A stretch of DNA of 64,000 bases, taken from Gonapodya sp. JEL0774. Taxonomy: Eukaryota. Below the pieces are notes generated by a model, which saw nothing but the letters and a program-made list of their open reading frames with translations, did no database searches and was not told the DNA's origin. This document shows positions 52,276 through 62,734 of this stretch, one piece after another; position 1 is the first letter of the stretch, and every line of letters starts with the position of its first letter. A program made the translations under genes and the position numbers. Where the stretch lies: positions 1 through 64,000 of the forward strand of contig JADIIX010000130.1 of NCBI GenBank assembly GCA_027604505.1, in the 5' to 3' direction.

Positions 52276-53793
52276 TGGACGGCGAATACATCAATCCCAG
52301 CGAGCCATATCATTGTACCATCCATTTCCGACCGGTCAGTGCATTCCCCACCAAGTGCCGCGTCTCCTACCAACCTTCACAGATCGATTTGTTCGCGAAT
52401 TCCGACCTTCCGAACCCTCTTACTCCGAGACCACCGCACGCCCGCACCTCGTTCAATGCCCGCGCCCACGCCAGCCCTGATAAGACGTCTCCGTCGTCGA
52501 AAATCACACGCCCTCTGCCCCTCGCGGAAAGCAGCCTCAATTTTTGCGCTCGAATCATCAGCCCGAGGTCTGGGTGCCAGTTTCCTCTTTGGACACGAGC
52601 GTGCATCACTTCTGGCGCGAGAGCGAGTCCTCCATCATCGACTATCACTCCAACCTTGCAAAGCCACTGTACTCATCCCGCTCAGATCTTTTGCGTGAGG
52701 TGGGACCGCAGTTCAAACAATGGAAGCAACGGCGCACGATGGACAAGGTGTCGGCGATACTGGGCGGGGTGGCTGTGCCATGCGTGGCACAGGTAGATCT
52801 AAGTATTCATGGACCGAATCTCAAACGGTGATGATGACTGGCAAGACGGTGCCTCAGGCTGTGCCGGCAAGAGAAGCGTTTGACAATGTTGACAAATCGG
52901 CATTGGGTGGAAAGGAGGGCAGTAGGGAATCAGACACGTACGAGAGCACGACCACGTAGGCGGACACTGGCTAAGAAGAAAACAGAATCGGACCTGGAAA
53001 GAGAGCAAGGTCAGGCCATGGCAACAGCTACAAGTTCTCTGCGCGGTCTTTCTTGGAGAGCAATGGCGGGAACACCGGATAATTGGCTCGTGGAATTTAG
53101 AGAGCGGCAGACGCAGGTGAATGTACATGCAGAACCGGACACAGTGGCTGATACGGATGTGGATCTCGGCGGTGTTCAGGAAGTCCCGTCGGGCTTTCGT
53201 GGAATAGCGAAAGTGACTTTAATTCAAGGTGCATCCACATACTTCATGCCGTTATCACGCCGGTTATGACAGAGGCTCTGTTTCACCAAGCTCCAGTCCT
53301 CACCAGATCGCCGGCACTCAATTTAACTCGCCCATTCAAGAATCTCCTCCGTGCCCAAGCCGTGATCGAATTTGAGGGCAACCTGGTCGGTTGGCCTGGA
53401 GCGCACGGCATAGGTGGGCCTGGCGGATTCGGTGGTGAAAGGTATGGTGAAGGTGGTGGTGGTGGCATTCTGGTTGTATTAGGGGCCGTGAGGGTGAAGG
53501 CGTTGAAGGATTGTGAGGGAGTTATTGAGGGCGTCGAAGGTAAGCTGCTCTCGAGAAAGGTGATTGTTTGTGCGCATACAATCCGACCATGGTATTTCCT
53601 CCCCGCAGCACTCTTCCCGCTCGTTTTTTTGCCCCTTCTTGCCCTTCTCCACCAAATTTCTCTGCAATTTTTGCACTCCGTCCACTCCTCCATCCCTTCA
53701 CTGTTCCACACTATCCGGTCACTCAGTTCCCTCCCGCGCCTCCTTGATTCCCCCGCTCGCGCACTTTTAGACTCCACCGTTATCGACCACTAA
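52276..53793 (+). pseudogene. Unidentified gene with a C-terminal hydrophobic segment, broken by several frameshifts
   Basis: Coding-like ORFs step between frames near 52530, 52825 and 52955. The end WYFLPAALFPLVFLPLLALL looks transmembrane. Family not recognised. Confidence 0.35.
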
Positions 53794-54314
53794 CAATTTC
53801 GTACAACGTGGACCACCGGCGCTACTCCTCACAGCGCGTCCGCCTCCCCAAAACCACACGTGCCCAAGAAGCCTTCGATGTTACCCACCATGACCGTCCT
53901 TGTGATTTGGGCCCTTTCCTTTCTTCCGCATCTCGTTGCCAAGTGGACGGCGTGGGTAGATCGACAAAGTGTGAAGGAAGGTGTGGTTGGGAATACGATA
54001 GGACTTGGAGAGGAAGTCAAGAGAAGTGAGTTCTCTGGTGATCGTCTTTTCACAATATCACATTCTCTAATCGTCTCAACACTGCCAGTCTCAAAGCTCC
54101 TCTGCCCAAATGATTCCATCAAAGGTGCAGATAACTCTCAGGGCGGTGACGATATTATTATGGGCAAGAACCCTCTTGGTCACGTTTCACTTAACACCCC
54201 ACTCTCCGATGCCCGAATGCAATGCCCAGTGCTCGGGGAAGGATGTCAGTATGTTCAGAGACCTTGAGGGACGCACCGTACAACCCAGAGAGTTCGAACC
54301 GCTGACAGACCATC

Positions 54315-56424
54315 ATGGCCACCACGATTCACGAGTTCGTTTTTGAGCCAAAGGGTCATGGTCTTCCCGCAGAAGTTGGCCTGGCTGGAACGTGTGACGG
54401 GTGGCAGAGGTCGTTACCAATGGAAAAGATCCTTGACGACCGGAGGGGCGTCATTTTCAGAACCGAGGTACCGGTGCCAGTAGGAGGGAGGCTCGAGGTG
54501 AGGTCATCAGTGATTGAGTGTAACGTTGCTCACAGTTGCAAGCAATGGCTTAACGAACGTCTGACTCTGTTTCTACCAGTACAAGTACATCGTCGATGGC
54601 ATCTGTATGTTTATTGAGAATTGAACTAACTATGCTCCGCCATCCTCATCTCTCTGGTTGTCATGCTGTCACGGAAACTTGGGACGGTCGATTACTCCAA
54701 ACCACTCGTTCCTTCACGTAAGACCTTTTGGACTTAGTAGATCATTCCATGAAGCAGTTTTACTTTGTCGACTTTTTTTCGTGACTTCTTTTCAGCATTT
54801 GGATCGTTCAACCACCTCCTCGAAACCCGGTTTTCTGCATGCCCTGCCTCCCCCACACGCTCTCCACTCACGCTCTCTCATACGCTTATATTTGCACGTC
54901 CATTCGACGCGTCAATTGTTATCGTCACTGGCTGGTATGACTTATGGAGTGAGGAGAAAAGGGTATTCGCGGATTGGGGACCCGTATTTTTCACGAAAGT
55001 AGAGCTCCCGTGGGGCAAAAGGATTGAGGTGAGCCATGCCAGGCACATTCTTAGCGGACTTGACGAACGTGGAGTTGATTGCGCCATCGCGCTGTCGATT
55101 AATCCATGCAGTACAAATTCATCGCGATGGACAGTGCAAGTGATAAAGGGACATCCCAATTTCAGCTGCCTGGGAGCCTGTCTTGAACCTGAGCTATGTG
55201 GGTCTGAACCCTTCCATTAATCTCACAGGGCTTTGCGATCCGACAATGCCAATCTGTACTGATCGTACTTGCAAATGGCGAGCTTCAAATATCTAGTGTG
55301 CCTTTCTCATCGCCGTAGCCATTTTACTCTCTTACCGCCAGCCCTTTCTAATCGAAAGAACTACCTCTTCACACCGCATTCCCCGTCCTTACCTCTTGAT
55401 CCTGTTTACCTCCCGCCACCTGCTACCGCAGCTCTCATTACAACTGATGTTGAACCGTTACAGTCATGCGCCGTGGGTCCACGTCACCTAACCTTCACGA
55501 CGGACGAACAGAGGAAGTGTTCGAAGAACTGGATCCGCCACCGCCGGTCATCGACCCATCCCCTGTCTCATTTGTGGGGGCTTACGACGTAGCCCCAGTA
55601 CCGCCAGCATCTCTTCCAACAAAGCCCCTTGTTCGTAGACCTTCTGGGGCAACTTACCCTCACGATGGTCGGACAGTGACCGTGTTCGAAGATGATTCTG
55701 CGCCTTCTCGTTCTCCCAGTATCTTCTCGGACCCCAACATTGTTCCTCCGATGGTCGTGCCACCAAAACCGCCGCTGGTCAAGTCTCTTGTCCGTCAAGA
55801 TTCCACTTTGACGTACCCGCACGATGGCCGTACAGTAAAGGTTTTTGAGGACGTCCCAGCACACCTTGGTCCCAGAGATTCTCTCGCCATTACACGACTT
55901 CAGCTACTCCACGGCGCATGATGCTGCTGATGCCGAGGACCCGAGGTCAGAGCATTCGTATAAGAGAGTTCCTCCTGGACACCGTGTTGTAGCTGGCTCC
56001 CCCATCTGTCCAGCAACCCAGCTCGCCAGCAGTCCGCACGATGAACTCATGGGACCGGCAGGACATATTGAAGTACATGGTGGCTGGTACTCGGCCGAGG
56101 ACACCACCACTCTCAGGTAGTGAATTGCGGGAAAGTAAAGCTGTTCCAGTCAAGCTCGATGAAGCGAAGCCCGCTGTTGGACAGATGGTGGCGCTTGGTA
56201 GGGGCCAGACTCACAGTCGTAAGTTTAGGACCGGGAAGCCGATGGAGGGAGCGACAGTGGCTGGGCAGTCTCGAGGATATTTTGCGTCTGGCAACAGCCC
56301 TGGCCCCATGGACTATACGTTGAGACAGCACATAGAGCAGGATCGGAATCCTGTTGGCGGTGCTATGATTGCGTACTCGCATCCCACCACCCACGGACAA
56401 GATGCACTTAGTCTGACGCAGTAA
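54315..56424 (+). pseudogene. Tandem AMPK1_CBM/CBM48 glycogen-binding protein with HDGRT repeats; frameshifted (pseudogene or sequencing error)
   Basis: Domain 1: EVGLAGTCDGW...LE|YKYIVDGI|WTVDYSKPLVPS|PFGSFNHLL. Domain 2: VIVTGWYDLW...IE|YKFI-DGQ|WLCDPTMPICTD|PLSNRKNYL. One splice acceptor is TG rather than AG (54680-81), with a 1-nt deletion at ~55123 and a further shift at ~55450. Confidence 0.7.
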
Positions 56425-56641
56425 CCAGCACACAAACACCAACAACCCGCTCGTTTCACTTCTGGTAGTCCCATAAGTAGTGTCCATCCCTACCGATCTT
56501 CTGGGAGCACCACACTACCCCTGTACCGCATTCGTCGCTCCACCGCAACTCACCCGCACAAACTCATTGCCATCATTCCCCCATCCTGCAACTAACTGAA
56601 CTCCGAAAAATCGCACACGCGCATCGCCCCCACAGACCTGG

Positions 56642-58184
56642 ATGTCTCTCTTCACCGAAAAGACGTCGCCCCTGGATTGGGACCGCTTGCTGGCGCTCGA
56701 TGTCACCGTCGTCGAGGAGGTGGGACCTGTGGAAACGGAAAGGCATCACTTGTGTCATCCGTATCCCCCCGGAACGAGAGAGACTCATGTCCGACGTCTC
56801 CTTTGGCCCCACCCACCGTGCTCGAATCGACATCTCACGGAACAACCGTCCATCGGGAACTCGTTTGGTTCCTGCATTCATTCGTGTTTCCGCGTACACG
56901 TTGATCCAACCGAAAAACGCACACCAACATCGAATCTGCCGGCGTTTTTCTCGAACACGTCTACGATGCCCTGTGCTTCGCGTCCGTGAGAGCAAACGAG
57001 CCCCCGCGCGACACGGGAGAATCTATTATGGCTCGTTCGTGTTGCGCAGTTATTCATGGAGTAGGTATGGGAAAACGTTGGCACTGCAAGGATACAGGGT
57101 GTACGTGCTGCCGGGGAAGCCATCATCATGGGTGTTTTGTTCAGTACGCAAATGAATGAAAAGGGGTGGATCAATGCGGTTGGATCGAAGCCGAACCCCC
57201 GAAACGTATCCGTTTGGAATCCTAGACCGGGTCACGTCGTCAAACGAATGAAAGTTCAGAACCATGCGCAGAGTCCTGCTGCCAGGAATCGCTCCACTTT
57301 CCATACATCCAATCCCCCTTGGTGCCTATCATCCTGCTCACGTCTCGCATCCGTGTGTGGCAAACCCCACCCCTTTTCCCACCAGATACATACACGCCTT
57401 CTACAAAGACACGGACGCCGAAGCCGAACGCCTCGACCTCGAAGTCCAACGCCTCGAAACCGCCGGCGCCGGCGTCAACCCTTCCTCCCGCGCCTTCCTC
57501 GCCTTCCGCGCCGAGGCCGCGTCCCTCGCCCGCTGCCTCCGAGACTCTGAGACCCGTGTCGCCCGGGCCGAGCGCGCACTCGAACAAGAGAAAGTCTGCG
57601 TCGACGCCGCACAGCTTGAGGCCCAGGCCGAACGGTCCCGGGCCGCCGCGCTCGCTCAACAGGTGGAGAGGGCCACCTCCGAGGCCAGGGAAGCGGCGGC
57701 GCAGACCGCGGCGCACAAGGAAGCCGCGTCCCGTGGCCGGTCGGAAGAGACGGACGTGCGGATGGGATAAGGGAGAAGAACGCCGAGGTGAACCGGCTGC
57801 TCAAGGAGGTGAACGTGCTGGCGGCGAGGAATGGGCAGCTTGAGGTGGAGGTGGAAACCATGGGCAGGAACTCGAAGCGGCGGTCGGGAGCTCGAGAGGT
57901 GAGACGAGTCCGTGCTCCTTCCCCACCGTCCAGACCCGCGTATCACCACTTTCGGCACCGCACCACACACCACACAACCCCCAAAAATCAAACGCAAAAA
58001 CCGTGACCAGCAAGACACCCACGCGGTCCTGCTGGCCAGTGAAGCTGCTGTAGATTCCTTGCGGGGCCCGAGCGTGACGCGTACAAGGCGCGCGCGGAAG
58101 AGCTCGAAGGATTCACAAGGGAGAAGGGCCTCCGAGTGGAGACCGATCTCGAGCAGATTGGGAGGGGAGCTCTTGGAGTACAAG
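56642..58184 (+). pseudogene. CEP290: 5' portion of a CEP290-like ciliary transition-zone gene, frameshifted and cut at the duplication junction
   Basis: PLDWDRLLALD; ALEQEK...QTAAHKEAASRGRSEETDVR...REKNAEVNRLLKEVNVLAARNGQLEVEVETM.RELEAAV.ELE; AVLLASEAAVDSL...LLEYK|gt. These align by eye with the recalled human CEP290 N-terminus (INWKEIMKVD; SQKETLLSRRGEDSDYRSQLSKKNYEL...; VEEWK). Confidence 0.6.
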
Positions 58185-58253
58185 GTAGGTAGGTAGGTTG
58201 GAGTGGTGGAGGCCCTTGGGTGGAGGTGGTTGGGGGTGGGTGGGGGAGAATGG

Positions 58254-61200
58254 TCATCAATTGCAAGAACGATATTCCGCCTTCTTGGAGTATGTTACAT
58301 TTCTGTTTTTGCTCTTGGTTTCATGAGCCAATGCGATATTGAGGACAGGTGAATCGAAAAGGGGATGTAATATAACCGAGGGCACAACACGAGGGCGAAT
58401 AAAAGGTTGGGCAATAATATATTTCACACTACCACAGCAAATTCACATCCCATCCACTCAAGGCAAGGCAAACAACCGCTTCTATTCATATACTGGCTCT
58501 GCAAAGGAACAATCCTGCCCCCTTAGTGGTCGCTCGCGCGTTTGGGCCGTTTCCTACATTCCGCAACAATTGTTAACGAGGGCCACATCCTCCCCCTCAC
58601 AGTTGTTGAGACAGTTAAACTCGATCATGGAAGAAGTCAAGGGAGGATATCTGAAAGTGAAGGAAGCGGTTGTTGAGACAGTCAGATGGGTCTCAAGGTC
58701 TCTGTCGCCATCTCGGCCTCGGAGCTCTAGAGCACAATCACCTTCTCGATCTCGGGACGGTCGAACAGAAGCACAATCACCTTCTCAATCTCGGCACAGC
58801 AGAGCTGATGCAGGTTCATCTTCTCAATCTCAGGACGGCAGAGCTGAAACACGATCGCTGTCCCCGTCAGGAAGAGATGTTAACGGCGCCGATCTTAAAA
58901 CCGTTTCATCGGCCATAGGAAGCGATTCAGTCGCCGAATGTCTGCTGGGGTGTGTGCCTATTCCCGGAATCACTTTAGCCTTGAAGGGACTCGTTGTTAT
59001 CTTCGACGCTGCGGCAGCTCTTCATTATAACAAACAGCTTGCTCTTGAGCTGAGTGACTACATGAGAAAGATTGTGGTCGCAATCAATGACAAACTGCTG
59101 AATGACGTGTATGCAGACTCAAAAGAGAAGTGAGTTGGAAAGTTCAAACTCTGGTAAACAATTTTGACCTCCTATTCCAGGCTTGAGAATGATCTAAAAG
59201 AGTCAACAGATGAAATGACCAAATTTCTGGCAGAGTTCAAGAAGTGAGTGTTGACTTCTAGTTGAAATTGAGCCATGGAATGTTGACAAAGCAATGTCAT
59301 TGCAGACAGAAGCAAGAATTCAGGCAGCCAGCTGTTCAAAAGCCTGATCCTGTTATACTTGATCTTCCAAGTGTGCCAAGAGAATTCCATCAACAGTATG
59401 AGAAACTTGTTATGTGGGCAAAGTAATTTTGCTCCCAGCAGATGATCCAAATATTTTGACCCTATTTTTGATCAGATTGTTGGTGGACATTCAAGAGGCC
59501 CTGTTGCAAATCCAAAATCAGAGTGCTATTGAGCAAATGATTAAGTTCCGTCTAAATGAACAATGTTTGGAAAAACTCTCAGAGAGAATTGATACAGAGT
59601 TGAATCTTGATGTGGTAAGACTTTTCTCAAAGCTAAGGACTCACCATTTCAAAGCGAATGATTGTTCTTCTTTCAGTTTGGGACTGTCAGAATGGTTGCA
59701 GGCAAACAAGAAGCTGTAAAGAAAGATTTGGAAAGGCTTGCTGCTGATGGAGCTTTGGTGCAAGCAAACATAACTGAAATCCTGAATCTTGCAACCAAAA
59801 GTGCTTTGCACATGTTTGGTTTCCGTGAAGCGGCAGCTCGAATTGACACAACTTCAAGACTAATGCTTGATGCTGTACTTGAGTTCCGTTCAGATTTGCA
59901 TCCTCCAAGGATAAAAGATGATTTGAATGAATTCCATCATGAGATTGGCTCTAAGTTCCACTCTGATGGTGATCGGGAGTTTGTGCATTCTATGAGGTGT
60001 GAAGAATATCCGGATTTAACAAGTATGTTTGATCATCCAATTACCTGATGATTTGGATCCTGATTTTACCCTTTGCCTTAACTTTGCACAGCCTGGACAC
60101 CATCAGAAAGTGTATTAGAGAACGCATTTAAAAAACTGGTGCAGGGAAACCTGGTTCGAGCACAGACCCTTAATTTAGAAAGTGAGTAACCTGTGATTAA
60201 TGCAGCTCCATAACAATTCAGTCTCATCAGGTCTCCCTATGTTGCTTTGCTCTTTAAGAGAAAGGTATCAAAGACAGAGGTGTAAAGGCACTTGCTGACG
60301 CAATTAAGGCATTGCAGCCCCATTGGAAAATCACAAATCTTTACATTGGAGGTATGCTGATTGATAAGGAGACTGTATATCATAGCCAGCTCTAATCCCA
60401 TACTCAATTATTAGGAAATCTTTTCACTTCAGAAGGAGCAAAGGAACTTGCCCATTCTTTGGTCAATTGCACAACCTTTGAAATCCTTCACCTTTCTGGT
60501 GAGACTAGTGTTTTCCTCTCAGCAATCCTTGTTACTGAACAATAGCAATGTCATGGATTATTGGTAGGGAGTAAAAACATTAATGATGACTGTGCCGCTT
60601 CTCTTGCTGAGTTACTTGAGAAGGGTAACCTCAAAAAGCTGCACCTAGCAGGTGGGTAAGATCCAAGCTCAATAATCTACCACCTGCTTGTGTTTACCAG
60701 GTTTTGTAATATGGTTTGCCCTCTATCTAACAGGATGCAATATTTCTGATGCTGGTGTTGAATCTTTATCAAAGGGTTTGAGAAAGAATAAAACATTAAC
60801 TCATCTTTCTCTTTATGGTGAGTGAGATGTGCATCCTGTCTTAGTACCTTGTAAGTAATCCTTCTTTTATTTCATTCTTTTTTTGCACAAAGATAATCAT
60901 GGAATTACTTCAAAAGGTGCCAAATACCTTGCACAGGCAATTGAAGTCAATGGCAGTTTAACCCAGTTGAACTTGCGTGGTGTGTGGAAGCAAGTTTTGG
61001 TTGTTCTAACAATTACTGCACAAGTTGCCATGTCTGTAGGTGGACAGATTGATTTTGAGGGTGTGAAGGATCTTGCAAAAGTGCTTTTGAGAGACAAGGA
61101 ACTTGACAGTCTGAACCTTGATCTCAGTAAGTTCACCTATTCTTAAACAAGCAGGCATGTTCATTATCTGACGCATATTGCACCTTGATCAGATGTGCTA

Positions 61201-61625
61201 TCATTTGAAAATTTTAAAGAACTGGAACACATGGTTGATGAAGAAGAGCACAAATACTACAAAGATTCCAAAATGAGTTTGTTTGTAGTCTCCTACCAGG
61301 ATAGCAAAGGTATGTTGAGTTGCTCCATATCCACATATGTGTATGCTCATTTTCCAGTTTCACACTTGAAGGGGAAGTTCAAACAGTTAACATGTGCTCT
61401 GTGTGGGATAAACACATTTCAGAGACCCTGATTAATAGTGCAGGACCTGAGCCAGTTTAACAGTTTAACATTTCTTTAACACAGAATACCAAATCAACTA
61501 TGTTGTTTCAGATAGAATGAGTGTTCTGTGATTGTTGGAATATATAGTGTCCCCATTCTTTAGGATCCCTGTGGCTACTCTATACACCCTTTTTCCAATA
61601 AAGTCTTCCACTTCACTTGGAAATC
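58254..61625 (+). repeat. Right arm of the ~3.3 kb inverted segmental duplication
   Basis: Reverse-complement match to 47920-51245. Confidence 0.95.
58627..61431 (+). CDS. Copy B: SR-rich leader + MLKL-like four-helix domain + coiled linker + RNI-type LRR protein
   Basis: About 14 GT-AG exons, all in frame. LRR exons read GIKDRGVKALADAI..ITNLYIG, NLFTSEGAKELAHSL..ILHLS, NINDDCAASLAELL..LKKLHLA, CNISDAGVESLSKGLRKNKTLTHLSLY, GITSKGAKYLAQAIEVNGSLTQLNLR and QIDFEGVKDLAKVL..LDSLNLDL. Confidence 0.75.
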
Positions 61626-62734
61626 ACATTACCTCTTTATTTTTCTTGAAAGACCCTTTTTTTTTTTGTCCTTAGTGAGGTTATAGTGTAACTATGATGG
61701 TTCTGTGAGTCCAGCAAGTATCCCATATGTATTCTGTAGAGTTTAGACATCTAGTACGTGTAGCCATATACTGGACTGTGGTCTACCCCCGTATTGTCAG
61801 AGGTACACAACACTCCCCTCCGTGCATTGAATACCAAAAGTCATTGGTGGATGGGCCACAGTGGCATCACGTAGGAAGACCATGGCAGATAAGCGGAAAG
61901 ACGGCTTCAATGGCTGTGGAGACAAGCTCACTGAAGAGCAAAAACTAACATCCACAAGAACGCAGCCACGGCTGATCTTGCCCTTCCCCCTCTCCGCTAT
62001 TCTTTAGGAGCACGTTCATCCAGGTCAAGCTCTTTCATGGCCCAATCCGCAAACAACACAACCGAGTCCGTGCCCTCCTTTGAAAGGCCGAGGTTGCACG
62101 AATGGTATCTGCCTCTTCACTACTACCTATAGGTGTAGTACATGTCATATCGTGTTGTGGACTGGCAGACATCATTGGGGATCAGCTCACAGAAACCAGC
62201 TTGAGGATTCTGCCTAACAATACTGACCGCTTCCCCGTAGCCCCTGAGGCATACAGAACTTTGAAACAGGCACTACCATAAGTGTGCACTGGTTCGCCAG
62301 CTTCTGCTCATCTAGCAGGTCAAGAAGTGTCCACAAGGAGGTCCTTTTTGGATGCTCTGCAGGTATGAGAATGGCCACCCTGAAGATGTACAGGGAGGAC
62401 ATGGGAGACCCCGACGCCCAACTTGGGCATCTGGGAATGTGGTACACTGTGGGGAATGCGTTGGCAAGCCCACCAACACGCCCACCAGGATTCTAGACAC
62501 TCACCTGTGTCGATGGTAGGATCCCCACGGATGAGGAGATGGCCCACCACCACAAGTGACTCGTGGAGAACAGAGATTGGGAAGAGGCAGACATGGACGG
62601 CCATTTGAAGCCAATGCACGTCGGGGTTGACGTGGAAATAGACAGCGGACCTGTCCGCGATGCAAGTGGAGCAGAGATCCCCCCCTCAAGGGTGGGTGGC
62701 AGACCCCCTAGCATGCCAGTTCCAGCACCACTAT

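Noticed and set aside
52276..53793. Seipin-like identity (RIIS, RSDLL fragments)
   Set aside because: The short matches lie in different frames and there is no N-terminal transmembrane helix; likely coincidental.
59677..60022. NACHT/NB-ARC or kinase domain in the MLKL-like/LRR genes
   Set aside because: No Walker A, HRD or DFG motifs are present, and the linker is too short.
47920..61625. A giant TIR/foldback transposon carrying cargo
   Set aside because: No target-site duplication or transposase is seen. The arms are spliced host-like genes and the outer ends fade into NTE1 upstream sequence.
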